A stretch of DNA of 57,028 bases, taken from contig UYFQ01000125.1 in NCBI GenBank assembly GCA_900617105.1, forward strand, positions 1-57,028, read 5' to 3'. The position numbers and the translations under genes are program-made. This stretch comes from Hydrurus foetidus. Its lineage: Eukaryota. Below, in pieces: positions 1-12,500 of the stretch. Below the pieces are notes generated by a model. That model saw only the letters and a list, made by a program, of their open reading frames with translations, was not told where the DNA came from and ran no database searches. Position 1 is the first letter of the stretch. Each line of letters starts with the position of its first letter.

Positions 1-320
1 GTTGGAGTATCCGGAGAAAAGACACTGCTGTAGTTGTATAGTATATGCGTGGATCCCGACGGTCAGCGGTGTGTGCCCTGGGGGTGCAGATCGTGGACCG
101 TTGGATGTGTGGGCTCATGGAGCCATCCATTCATCTATCTTCAACACGGATAGAACATGTGCAATTGCGTTGATATGTAAAGCTTCGTTGCCGTCTTGAT
201 TGATGCCGGTGCACAAGTTTAATTATCAAGTAATTACACAGTACAAAGTCTATTTTACGAGCCTTGGGTCACCGGTCGCACGAGAGTCACAAAGCATCCG
301 GATTCAGAGAAATCCCAACA
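1..320 (+). repeat. 5' LTR, family A copy 1
   Basis: Matches 5115-5434 and 50296-50614; ends in CCCAACA. Confidence 0.95.
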
Positions 321-330
321 TAATTAAACT
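321..330 (+). promoter_or_regulatory. Primer-binding-site position of family A (TAATTAAACT), complementary to its own LTR
   Basis: Abuts the LTR and has no TGG. 320-330 (ATAATTAAACT) is the exact reverse complement of 216-226 (AGTTTAATTAT). Confidence 0.7.
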
Positions 331-346
331 AGATCAGCGCATCGAG

Positions 347-3300
347 ATGCCGCCGAAGAAACAAGAAGAACCAAATCAGCTGCAGAGCAGTGCATGCTGA
401 GAATCGGACGCTACAACAACGTAGTGCAGTGGAGGGAAGACATGCAGAACGAGGCATGCGGCCTGTACGGGATGACCGGCACGTTCTTCACCACCAACAA
501 GAGTTACGTCCATCCGTATCCTCGCGAGGAGGATTACAATCCCACCTTTCAAACGGTGGAAATCGATACCACGACAGCGGGTACCGAAAATGAAGACGAG
601 GACGACGACGAATCCGTAACCTCGAGAATGTCATGATCGGGCCACAGCTTCCACCAGCGCCTCCTGTCGTGTACTCCGAGGCACTAATCGACAAGCTGCG
701 AGCCAATGCGTTCGAGGGACGCCGTAAGGCAGTCGAAACGCAAAAAGTCGATGAGCAAAAGCTCTTTCCACTAATGTGGTCGAGAATGTCGACAGGGTCG
801 AAATCTAAGGTGCGTGAGGAGCCAGGCTTCGAACAGGCACGCCTCAGATTGGACAGTGTGAAACTGTGGGAGTACATTAGAAGGAGTCATCTAACTCACA
901 TTTACGGAGAAGATGACTCGATGAGAGCGATGAATGTGCACGAACAGACCATCAGGTACAACTACCTCAGACAGGGCGAACGAGAGGTAATTGGTGACTT
1001 CAAGACGCGGTTCGATAACCAGGTATCAGCCAACAGAGGTGTGGGTATGACAGAAGTGGAAGAAGCGATTAGAGCAATCGACTTCCTCAGTAAGTTGGAC
1101 CCGAAAAGGTATACCGGTATGTTGACACTAATGCGTAACAACGCTGTACAAAACCTGCCGAATAGCTTCCCTTCTACCTTAGCCGGAGCATACAGGGTAG
1201 CGTCATCCTGGACCAGCTCGGGCGGAGGAGTCCCCCTCGGAGCCGAGCAACATTCCGCGTTTCTGACTGATTCTTTGGTAGGTACAAAGGAAAAAGTCCC
1301 GGGAAAAGGAGCAAAGGGGAAGACTGCGGGAACGAAAAAGAAATCATCGTCAGTGATCTGTTTCGTATGCGGAAAGACGGGACATTTCGCAAGAGACTGC
1401 GAACAACGCAAAGACGGAGAGCATGCGATGCTCACCAATGTCGAGGAGGATATCGAAGAAGACGACGAGAGCATAGAAGCAGCTTTCATCACGACAGACG
1501 AAGTCGCCCTGTTCACTCGAGTCATGTGCTGCTCGACAATCAGGCCTCAGTTAACATCTTTTGCAATCCATCATTGCTGACAGACATTAGGAAATCGCAG
1601 CATGCGATCCTCCTCAACGGAGTTCAGTCTGATGCGAAGAGTGTCCGAGTCGATCACGAAGGCGACTTCGGAGATATCGGACCAGTCTACTTCAGTCGAG
1701 GAGCGACAGCCAACATACTCTCCTTCGCAGCGATGGCAGACAGTGGTGCGGAGATCAGCTACGATCATGAGAGTGGATGCTTCAACCTACGTCCGGCTGG
1801 AAGCAAGACTCTGTACAGCTTCAGCAGGCAGAGTCTGCCAGGGTCGACAGGAAAGTTCTACGTGTGGGATGCGAGAACCACAGCTGGGCAGAAGCATCAG
1901 CGGCAGGAGCAAGCACTGGTGACGACAGTCGAAGACAACATGAGACGGTTCACCAAACGCGAGATTGGACAAGCGGCAGCAGCAAGAGAGCTGCTAGCTC
2001 GGATGGGTTATCCCCCAGTTGAGATGGCTATCGCGATGATCAGAGGCGGCAACAACTTCAGCGTCTCGGAAGCAGATTTCAGAAACGCTCACTCGATCTG
2101 GGGTAAATGTCTCGCCAGTCTCAGGGGGAAGACACACAAGAAATCGTCACCAGCGGCTGACATTTCATTGACACCTGCTCCTGCGCAGCAGCAGCAAGTT
2201 CTGAGTGTGGACATTATGTACTTGGAGACCACAGCGATACTGATCGCGGTTTCAACCCCTCTGGACATGACTCTCGCCGTGAGTCTTATGCGACTCGACA
2301 CTGAGAAGACCTCACGAGCTGCTGCGATTGTGAAACCGGCGCTGAGTGAAATGATATCGATACTCAAATCCAGGAACTTCATAGTGCAAGTCATCATGTC
2401 AGACGGTGAGGGTGCAATCGGCAAAATGAGGCTTGATTTGCTAGCGCTGGGAATCGAGGTAGATGTCAGCGCAGCTGGCGGTCACGTGGCTAGAATCGAA
2501 CGGCGGATTCAGATGGTGAAGGAGCGAGCACGCGCTCACATCAACGGTAGAATTCCATTCACTCCTACTGAACTCTGTCTAACCTACCTAGCTCTATTCT
2601 GCGTCTCCCGCATTAACTGTCAGCAGTCAGGATCAAGGCCAGGGGTCTTTCGCCGAGAGAACTATTTTCAGGACGGAGGGTTGACGGGAACTTGGACTTT
2701 CGTGCCGCCTACGGGGATTATGCCGTTTGTACCGTACCTAATACGAATAACACTATGCAATCTCGAACTGAAGATTGCATTGTAATGCTCCCCACACACA
2801 GCAGAACGGGATCGTTCAAGATGCTCTCACTGGCGACAGGCAAGATCGTGACGAGGGATCAATTCAAGATACTGCCTATGCCGCAGTCGGTCATAGCGAC
2901 GCTGAACGCCATGGCAGTCAAAGAAGGGAAGAAAATAACTCAAACCCAATTGCATGTGTTTGATGAACTACTATTCGCCAACAGTCTAGACAAGTCTAAA
3001 ATGCCATCCTTCATTACAAACCCCCCCACTGTCGAACGGGTATCGGTGGATCACCAACCCACACTCACCGACCTACCATCAGCTGACAGCATTTTCGAGA
3101 TTCCTCCTTCCGATGTGGGGGGTACCAGTCGCAGCCGAAGCTACGCCGCCATCAGAGGAAATCGGAATTGAGGCACTCGAAAGAACTGGGGTGCACGAAC
3201 GTGACCTACCTACACCACCCCTACCTACACCACCCACATCACCGCCTGAACCAGACGACATTTCAGCAGACACACCTGCACCTGAGATCGAACCAGTCCC

Positions 3301-4971
3301 ACAGCAACCAGCACAACCAGTGCAGTCGCCTGTGAGAGAACAACGCAGGGTACCGGTACCAACAGAGCGTATGGTGACGAGGTCAACCCGTACGAACGAA
3401 GATGCGTTCGTGACGAACACAGGGGGTACAGTGCCGAGATCCGCCAACACAGCACCAACCACACATGATGTAGATGAGGTGATGAAGAGGCACAGAGAGG
3501 AGATGGGGAAGAGCAACACTGCCAACATAAGTGTTAAAGAAGCATTTCGCACCAGAGGACACGAAGCGAAGAAAGTCATCGTGTCGGAGCTCAGGCAGAT
3601 GATAGATAAAAGGGTATGGGCGCCGGTGATGGGTGGGAAACTAACGGCGATGCAGAGAGCATCGACCATTCGATCCTCGATGTTCCTCAAGCAGAAGAAC
3701 AACCCGGACGGGAGCTTCCTCAAGCTCAAGGCACGGCTGGTAGCAGGTGGCGACCAGCAAGACAAGGGGCTATATGAGGACCTGTCCTCTCCGACTGTGT
3801 CTACTAGTGCCGTATTCACGTTGCTTGCGGTCGCCGCTCATGAGAAGCGTCGAGTCGCAGTAGTAGATATCAGTGGAGCATACCTCAACGCGGACATGAC
3901 ACTGGACGTGCCAGTGCACATGCGCCTCGATCGCACTGTGACAAATGCGTATTCAACCGGACAGGCACGGACGGGCTTCAGAGCACTGCAGCAGTGCACG
4001 TCGACGACTTACTCATAACAAGTAGGAGCAAGGCCAACGTGACGCACCTAGTCGAGGGACTACGCAAGAGGTACGGTGCAATCACATTATCGCATGGTCC
4101 TGTCGTAAACTACCTCGGGATGTCGATCGACATGCATATATCAGGACAGGCGATGATCACAACCACGGGCTACTGTGACGAGATAGTCAAGATATCGGGG
4201 GTGAAGGGCTCTGCGCGTACACCGGCCACAGAGGGGCTATTCGAGACAAGAGAGGATGCCACCACAGTGATAGAGCCGGTGCGAGTCTGGTTCCACAAAG
4301 TGGTCGCAATGGTGCTCTACTTGGCTAAGCGTACCAAACCGGAGTGCCTAGTGACAGTGGCATTCCTAGCCACACGAGTCAACAAGTGCACGACAGACGA
4401 CGTGGACAAGCTACAGCGTTTGGTGCGTTACATATACGCGACAAGGGACAGCGGCGTATTGCTGAGGCCGGGTGCAGGAGGTATCACGGTGAGGCTATTC
4501 GTTGATGCGTCCTACGGTGTGCACAGCGATGGACGGTCACACACGGGAAGCTGCGTGGTAATTGGAGACGTCGGAGCTGTGCACTGTCGATCATCGAAGC
4601 AGCTGATAGTTACGAAGTCGAGTACGGAGGCCGAGCTGGTAGGGCTGTCCGACTCAGCTAACCAAGGCATATTCATTCGTACTTTTCTCATCGCACAGGG
4701 ATACGAGATGGAGCCGGTGGTCATCTATCAAGACAACCAGTCTTGCATGGCGCTAGTGGAGCGCGGCAGATCCGGGGCGGAGCGCACACGCCACATCCAG
4801 ATCCGATACTTCTGGGTTAAAGAGCGAGTGGACACTGGCGAGGTGCGGGTGGAGTACTTACGCAGCGAGGACATGTACGCGAACGTACTAACCAAGCCAC
4901 TCCAGGGGGCCCAGTTCCAGAGGGAGAGAGACGGACTCACGGGATGGCCCACGGTGGACGAGAAGAATTAA
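347..4971 (+). pseudogene. Family A gag-pol, frameshifted, with an internal RT deletion
   Basis: Start MPPKKQEE at 347; knuckle CFVCGKTGHFARDC; protease VLLDNQASVNIF; integrase LSVDIMY/SDGE/IERRI; RT KARLVAGG, VDISGAYL, HVDD; RNase H FVDAS, SSTEAE, QDNQ, ANVLTK. Split over ORFs 394-636, 633-1580, 1367-2785, 2692-3171, 3113-4018 and 3994-4971. Confidence 0.93.
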
Positions 4972-5114
4972 GGGTGCCAGCGAGGAAGACATCCCGCCAT
5001 TCGATAACATTTAGTTAGACATTACTGCTTGAAAAACAATTCACATCTATTTATTGCTGACATGAAAATCCAATGCGTGCCTGGGTGCTTCAACTACTGC
5101 GTGCCTGTTGGGTG

Positions 5115-5434
5115 TGTTGGAGTATCCGGAGAAAAGACACTGCTGTAGTTGTATAAGTATATGCGTGGATCCCGACGGTCAGCGGTGTGTGCCCTTGGGG
5201 TGCAGATCGTGGACCGTTGGATGTGTGGGCTCATGGAGCCATCCATTCATCTATCTTCAACACGGATAGAACATGTGCAATTGCGTTGATATGTAAAGCT
5301 TCGTTGCCGTCTTGATTGATGCCGGTGCACAAGTTTAATTATCAAGTAATTACACAGTACAAAGTCTATTTTACGAGCCTTGGGTCACCGGTCACAGGAG
5401 TCACAAAGCATCCGGGCCTAGAGAAATCCCAACA
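5115..5434 (+). repeat. 3' LTR, family A copy 1
   Basis: TGTTGGAGTATCC...CCCAACA; a few substitutions and indels versus the 5' LTR, mostly near its 3' end. Confidence 0.95.
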
Positions 5435-6500
5435 CTACCCAACACCCAACTCACTTCTATAAAGCTATATCTGCACTTCCATCAATTTTAATTATCGTGA
5501 GGATCGAAATAATCGATAGTCCTCGAATCTTTGTAATCTGCAGCTAGAATTTTGAAATATTGTCTTTTGGCATAGAGGATTTTATGGAGAAATTGGGGAT
5601 CAGCATAATTGAAATGGTTACCAATGTTTTAAAGGACTCTATTCGAGGAGTTGAGAGCATTTTTAAACGTCTTATTGTTATTTTTAAACGTCTTAATGGA
5701 ATCATCTGGCAAGCGTAATATCCTATAGCATCTGGTGCTCTGATGGAAAGTAATACCAAGAAGTGATTAGGAGCTGCCTCCAATAATTGCACTTGAAACT
5801 ATAGAACTAGTAAGGATCACATTTCCACAAAAAAAAAAATTTGGAGGCACTGCATTCATCTTGGCAGTGGCGATAGATGGAAAGCACGATTACTCTGCAA
5901 ATAAAATTTCGTAGGGTGTTCTTCCTGCGGGTAAGATTTCAATCTATTTTTTTGTTTTGCTATAAAATTAGTAAAAGCAATAAAAGATGTTATCTGCATT
6001 CATCATCTGCGTATGTATATCGTTCGCTAGGAGAACACTCGTATACGAGAAATGTCCTCGTCAGCACTTCTGTCATTCTATTTCTTATTATCTTCCGGTC
6101 CGTAAGATGAGATTGGAATTGAGATGAACATGGGACATTGCATCATGCAGAATGCTTGTTTTGCTTCACAAAAGCATCGATGAAAATTTATACAAGTGTT
6201 TGAAAGGCATAATTATTCGAATTTCTACAAGTGTATTTCCTTTAAAAAGCGTATCTATTCGTACGACGTTGCCTCAGGAAACTCTCCAGATTTTTGAATA
6301 TGAATATCGCCACGCAATGGAGAGATAAAATCCTCGGGGATCAGAATTGTCAGGTCTTATTTGCAAGTGACATTTAAAAGTTATTTTAATTACATGCGCA
6401 GTAAAGGCGCGCTGACATCATACACTTTGTATTTACAGTTTCAGATCAGTTATATCCTTCAGAAAGCCCCCTCCTCGGTATGGTATATAAAAAAATTTAA

Positions 6501-7454
6501 TTACACAAGAAGCACTCCGTTTATGCATCCGTCCAATTCGGGGTTGTTGGTAATTTGAGCGTATTTGCCCCACACGACCTTTCCAGACTGAGTCACTAAA
6601 CCAAGTTCACTTACATTTACTTCAACAATTGTACCCTTCGTTATCACCCCAAGATTTGTATAAAGTGCGCTGGAGGGATTTTTCTTTACTCCGAGAATAT
6701 CGAGGCAAAATGTGGTTTTCAGTTCCGGGTGTGTAATATGAGCTTTCTTGAATCGAAGTCCTGTTGGACGGATGAACCTCTCGTACTTCGGTGCCATTCG
6801 AGTGAATGAGTCACCGACAAAAGTCACCTTCGTTATCATACGTTTCCAACTCTTCTTCATTCTTTTCCCTGATTTCATTTGTCTGAACATTTCATCATCG
6901 GCGATAGGCTTCACTTTCGGAATTGGCACAGTCCATTTGCCAGCCTTATCTTTGCGCTTCTGTTTCACGGTGTTCGATAATATTTTTGCTCTGGATACTT
7001 CATCACGATCGAGCAGATATGCTGGTAATGTGCTATCATTATCCTTGTCATCATTTGCGTGCTTGTTAGATCCCTCGTTATGCAGAGCGAGGGTCTTTCT
7101 CATCGCAGCCTTCTCTTTAAACCTCTTCGCATTAAACAGTTTGGCTCTAAGACCGAAACTTCTCTGCGCGAACTCGGAGACTTTATGCACCTGACGTGCG
7201 TCTCTCTTCCTCTCTCTTTCCATTTTGTCCATCCTGACACCGAACCTCTTTCGGTGCCTTTCCATGTGCTCATGTTGTGGCTGTTAATAGAATTGAGATA
7301 TACAGAAATTAAGGATTCCGCTTCAAGGACAAATAATCATATCGGACAGTGTGAGGTTGAGTCGCTTGTCGCAGATATGTATAAAATTGGATGTTAGGTA
7401 ACTGGTGCAGAGAGAAGCGTCACAGTACAGAAATGTAACCCGTAGACGCACCAT
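6501..7454 (-). CDS. NSA2: 60S ribosome biogenesis protein NSA2 (predicted exons 7454-7452 and 7280-6501; 260 aa)
   Basis: Conserved NSA2 motifs [48 protein letters not shown]...INGVLLV. The N-terminus [10 protein letters not shown] is restored by a GTGCGT...TAACAG intron at 7451-7281. Confidence 0.95.
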
Positions 7455-8368
7455 TTTTTGTAGGCTTTATGAGGATGCTATAGGAGAAGGTCTTGCTCGG
7501 ACTGGTAAATGTGACTCTGAGCTGCTGGAGCACGATGGAGAACCCGACTTGGGAGGCGACTCATCCATTTCTTGCCATCCATTTGATTTGATTTCCGGAT
7601 CGGATCGATCGGTTTGGGTTTCGGATTTGGGCGATTTGGGAGCGCACGTACGGTAGGCACTGTACCCACCTCATCTTCTGTAGTTACTGGGTCTACCTAT
7701 ACACTCCATTCTGAACACTCGAAGTTACACAAGGATCAGCAGGGTAGACTCTTATTTCTGCTCCGCCTGTTTGTTATTCAAGGTCACTTCTTCTGCTCCA
7801 AGAATTGCTTGTTAAAGAAAGCTGACGCCACTCTTCACGGAAGCGCAACTACGATCTTTCTCTGCGACTCAATTCCGCAGGTGCCGTGATAAGGCAACAT
7901 TAATTTCTCACAAAAACATAACTTCAAATATTTCTGTCGAATTTGACAAAAATCAGAAGACGAGAATTATGCCAGTTACTTGCAAATTGAAGGTAAGTTG
8001 TGCGCACAGTATTCTGTAGCGTATTCTAGACTTAACTAAGATCTACAGAAGGGAAGGTGCTCCGACAGCGTTTCCTACTTTCTCGTGACGACCGTCATAC
8101 AGCTTTTTGGGTCGATCCTCATTTCTCTGAAACAGATAAAATCAAATACAATGAAGAATCTTATGTCGAGTGACCGAGCTGGTGGTAAATAACAAATAAT
8201 GGCAGCTGAAGAAGCATGTACAGCTGTGAGTCACTCGGAACCGCAATTATTTTGTAGAATAGATAACGGAGCCGCTAAGGCCAGTATCGCAAGATAAATT
8301 AGCATCGTTCCGAGGGGTTCAAATAAACTTGAGTTGAGCTCGATTAAAGTAATCATTCTAGAGGTGCT

Positions 8369-9134
8369 TCACAGTTCGACGCACATCTCCTTCGCTAACT
8401 TGTCTCTCATTTCGGCCCCGTACAATACCTCGACCAGAGCCAAAGCAAACTTCAGGGATGTGCCGGGTCCCCTGGAGGTGATAATATTTTGGTCAATAAC
8501 GACGTCATCGTTTGAAGTAAAATCTTTTTGCATACTGTCTCTAAACTTCGCGGCAGGATAACAAGTTGCCCTCTTCCCCTGAAGAATCCCGAGAGGCACC
8601 AAAACTACCGCTGGTGCAGCACAAATTGCCGATAAATATTTTTGTCTGAGATTTTGCTTGGTCAGCAGTTGCTGAAGCTCCTTGCTGTCTCGAAGATGTT
8701 CTGATCCTGGCATACCTCCAGGAAGGCAGCTAAACATTTTTGTTGACTTCGTCAGCAAGAGAGCTAATTGCAGAATCGTATATTGAGGCGTAAGTTACTC
8801 ACATAAGATCCCATTCCAGTTCGACACAATCTACCATGAGTCGGTCAGCAACAATTTTGACTCCCCTGCTGCAAGTAACGTGAAGAGACGGACTTACGCT
8901 GGCCAGGGTCACCTTGGCTCCAGAACGGACCAACGTATCGACTATGGTGACTGCTTCTATCTCTTCGGATCCGTCGGCGATTGCAACGAGGACTTCTCTG
9001 GTTGTTTTGGATTCACTGAAAGCCATTCTCAAAGCTGTTCTCCCTCTGGAAAGACTAGTGGAAAATCTAATTTTCGCACTTCCCAAGCTCAGCATGGCTA
9101 AAACAAAAGCGACATGGAACAGTCCAAATTGCAT
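8369..9134 (-). CDS. DJ-1/ThiJ/PfpI (YajL-like) deglycase/glyoxalase with N-terminal presequence (exons 9134-8803, 8729-8369)
   Basis: Motifs ADGSEEIEAVTIVDTLVR, spliced WDLICLPGGMPG, catalytic AICAAP, ITSRGPGT; GTGAGT...TTTAG intron. Confidence 0.92.
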
Positions 9135-9542
9135 TCCAGCTCTTTCTAGCACTTGCTCAGGATTGTGAAATTTGAATTGAATTGGTTGTTTGCTGCTTCA
9201 CAATAATTCAGTGTCACGTCCCAATTACAGTTCGAGTTCCACAATAAATCGGTTACAGAACGACAATTCCGTGTTCCACAACACAACATACTGCGCATTT
9301 CTTCGGTCGAAATCCAACTCAACTGTACGGTATCTGTGATCTGTGATCTGTGATGCGGTAATCTAATGCTTATGTGGGATGGTATTTCACGAAGAATCTG
9401 TTTACCTTCAGCTGTCCTGTGAATCCCATGGCGAGTGCCACTAGCGCCTGAAACATTACCTCAACTATTTGATGTGGTAGCGATCTAGGAATATCCTCCG
9501 CGATCCGAGACGTTTGTTAGAGCCCCACTGTGGTCTCCGAGG

Positions 9543-12500
9543 ATGAAAAGCAGCGTCATGAAAAGTTGTCTGCGTTGCTTTATGCTTGCACTCTCTGTAG
9601 CTGCTGTTGTAAGAGGGTCATGGTTTCAGACAGTTTCAAAAACGCCGGCTTACACCATTGTCTCAGGATCTTTTTCATCTTCCCAGACATGTGTCATGGT
9701 TGGAAATAACGGTCAACGTGGTGTACTCGTTAGATCCGCGAATAGCGGATTCACATGGGCGACTCCGACATTCGTCACCTATCCAGTTACTGATGTCGCT
9801 GCGATATTGATTAGCTCGACCTACAACTTTCTGGTCGTCTCTAGATCAGGGGTTATTGCTCTGTCCACGAACGACGGATTATCCTTTTCCGTAACAGCTA
9901 CGTTGGGTACCTTGAACACTTACTTTCTGAATGGTGTAGCAATTGGCAGTAACAAGGTTGCCTATGCTGTTGGGGCTACTCAGAGTAATACCGTCGCGAA
10001 GATCTTTAAGTCGGACAGCACTCCTCCCACATATTCAGCATGGAATGATATCACCCCAAACATAGCCTCAAGGGTATCGCTTGCATTTAATGATATGGAT
10101 TTTCTCAGAGTTTGTGACTTTTTTCAGAAGCCTTACGTATTTTTGATTTAATGTCACAAATTCAATTTCTGTTTAATGTCGAATAGGAATTGACGTCTGT
10201 AACATCTTTCGATGGCACAAATGTAATTGTGGTGGGTTATGGTGGCAGCATATTCTATTCATCGAATGCAGGTACTGACATGAAATTGATGACAATATCT
10301 ATCATGTGTTCGCCGACAATACTAAGTCTAACAGATATGCAATATACAAAATAACTGAGCTTTACTATTTGTATCACTATCACGTCAGGTATACTTTTTA
10401 AAGCAGCCGCAACAATTTCATCCACGGAAACTCTTCAGTGCGTATCTAGTAGCAGCATCTCATTCGCAATGGCGGCAGGTATGGTACAGTCTTGATCTTT
10501 GTTGAATAGAATGTATCACCAAAACAGATAAAATGTCTGTCATACAGACTGAAAAGAGGTTTAGGGACAGTTGAAATTGCTATTTCATTTTCATCATATA
10601 TGATGGATGCTTGTGCACTCTGAGACATTTATTCTCTTATAGTAATACAACAATCAAATCGCTGCAAGCAGATTTCTTCAAATGAAATAGCATCAAATTC
10701 AGTACAATTACCAGCACTTTCATGTCTCCAAAATCTTTCCTGAAATTTCTTCAGATAAACAGACATTGAAAAAGAAAATTATTACTATTTTATATATTTG
10801 ATTCCGATAAGAATCTCATTTTTTAGAAGACTGCATTATCTTTTGCAACCGTAATACATACGTACTGATTCTAATTCTAACATTAGAATTCATACTTTAA
10901 TTTACACATTACCTGCCACTCATCCTTACTAACGCAACAGTCTTATTTCCATTTTAACTTTTTTTTATTTCATTCATCTTTTTATTGATGTAGGGGATAA
11001 GTTGGGATTATACAAGACTACAAACGGGGGAGCCAACTGGGCATCTATATCAAGCGGTCTGCCTACACTTGTGGCAGGCAGTGACATTCGATTTCACGCA
11101 ATATCAGTAGGTGCGACTTGTATATACATCGATTTTACATTTTTATCTATATCTCTGCGGATCTTTATTTTATTTATACAACACTATGTTTACGCGGTTT
11201 AAAGCTTAAACATTCATGCATTTGTTTTTCGCTTATTCGTACCTCTGAAGATTACTCAATATTACTGTATCGAGAATACCGTTATTCATCGACTCTGTGA
11301 TGTCATGTTTTATTCTTGTACATCCATTTAATGTGCAGTTTGAAGTCTTGTGTATTACGTATACATAGTCCAGGGTTTGTTGTATAATTTCTCCATTTTT
11401 AGAATACTGCAGTATAGAGTTGTAGATCTTTTGTTTTTAACGAGCTTTGGAATTATGTCACTCAATCGTGGAGGGTCTTGTTAAGAATTTTTTCTACTTA
11501 TGTTGCACTTCAATCTTATGTTATGTCTTACAAGTTATGATGAGGATTACCAATTAGATTCGCTTTATGTAATACGCTTTACACATCAATCTTACTCTTA
11601 AGAAAGGAAAGGAACTTTTGTTTCTATCAGAATTGTGATCTAATTTGTATTTAATCACTTAAAATTTTTGTGTCACAGTATCGTCATCAGTTGCTTACGT
11701 GTCAACTAGCAATGGTTACATTCTAAGGACGCTTAATGGAGGTATTTATTAATTTGTGTCGAATACTCTGTTTCCTGTTATGTTGCATATTATACTTATT
11801 GATCATTTGAATGAGAAATTAATTCCAATATTATTATATATTACAAAACTCATAGAAGCATAACTTCAATTGATGACTACTTGTGTACTATAACATAAAT
11901 ACTAGAACACTAATATACATCTATGTGCATTTATCTTATTTCAATTTTTTTAGGAACCAACTGGGGTCTGGACCTTGGGTACACCGGATCCTCAGGTTCC
12001 GCGCTAAGCAGCATCGCCATGTATAGCCAGGATATCGGGGTAGCCGGAACATCCGCTACAGGAGCTTCCAGTGACTCCTTTCTGTATACCAGATTTCCCG
12101 GTAAGATTATACCGGTTATTACGGTATACGGTATAATCAGATCAGTCAATTGCTTTTTGATTATTGTGGAAGTCAAAACAAACAGCAATTTCTGCGATTT
12201 TCTAGAAGCAAATTGACGAACAAAGAATGATAAAAACGTTGTTCTCAGCGATCATTTCCGAATATAAAAATACGATATTCCCTGTTTTGTCGTGCCTTCG
12301 AGGATATTAGATAGATCTACAATTAGTACTGCATTAATCGGACTATGATTACACATGACTCTGAATTTATAATCTTATATCTTTTTTTATAATCTTATAA
12401 TCACGTGGCACACGCAGTCGCATTGTGCCACGTACTATACGAGCAACAATATCTTATTTTCCGTTTCTTTTTAGTACTTGATTCGTGAATTCATGCCACT

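Larger units (their letters stand above)
1..5434 (+). mobile_element. Ty1/Copia LTR retrotransposon, family A copy 1 (CoDi-like), both LTRs present, coding region disrupted
   Basis: Direct repeats at 1-320 and 5115-5434 with TGTTGG...CCAACA ends. Domain order gag(CCHC)-PR-INT-RT-RNaseH is the Copia order. The first T of the 5' LTR is outside the window; the right flank CTACC is the predicted TSD. Confidence 0.96.

Noticed and set aside
1510..1525. Programmed gag/pol frameshift in family A
   Set aside because: Copy 2 reads in frame (ACTCGCAGTCAT); copy 1 simply lacks one C.
7460..8330. Possible small gene between NSA2 and DJ-1; likewise 5440-6490
   Set aside because: Only short ORFs with no recognisable motifs or consistent exon chain.
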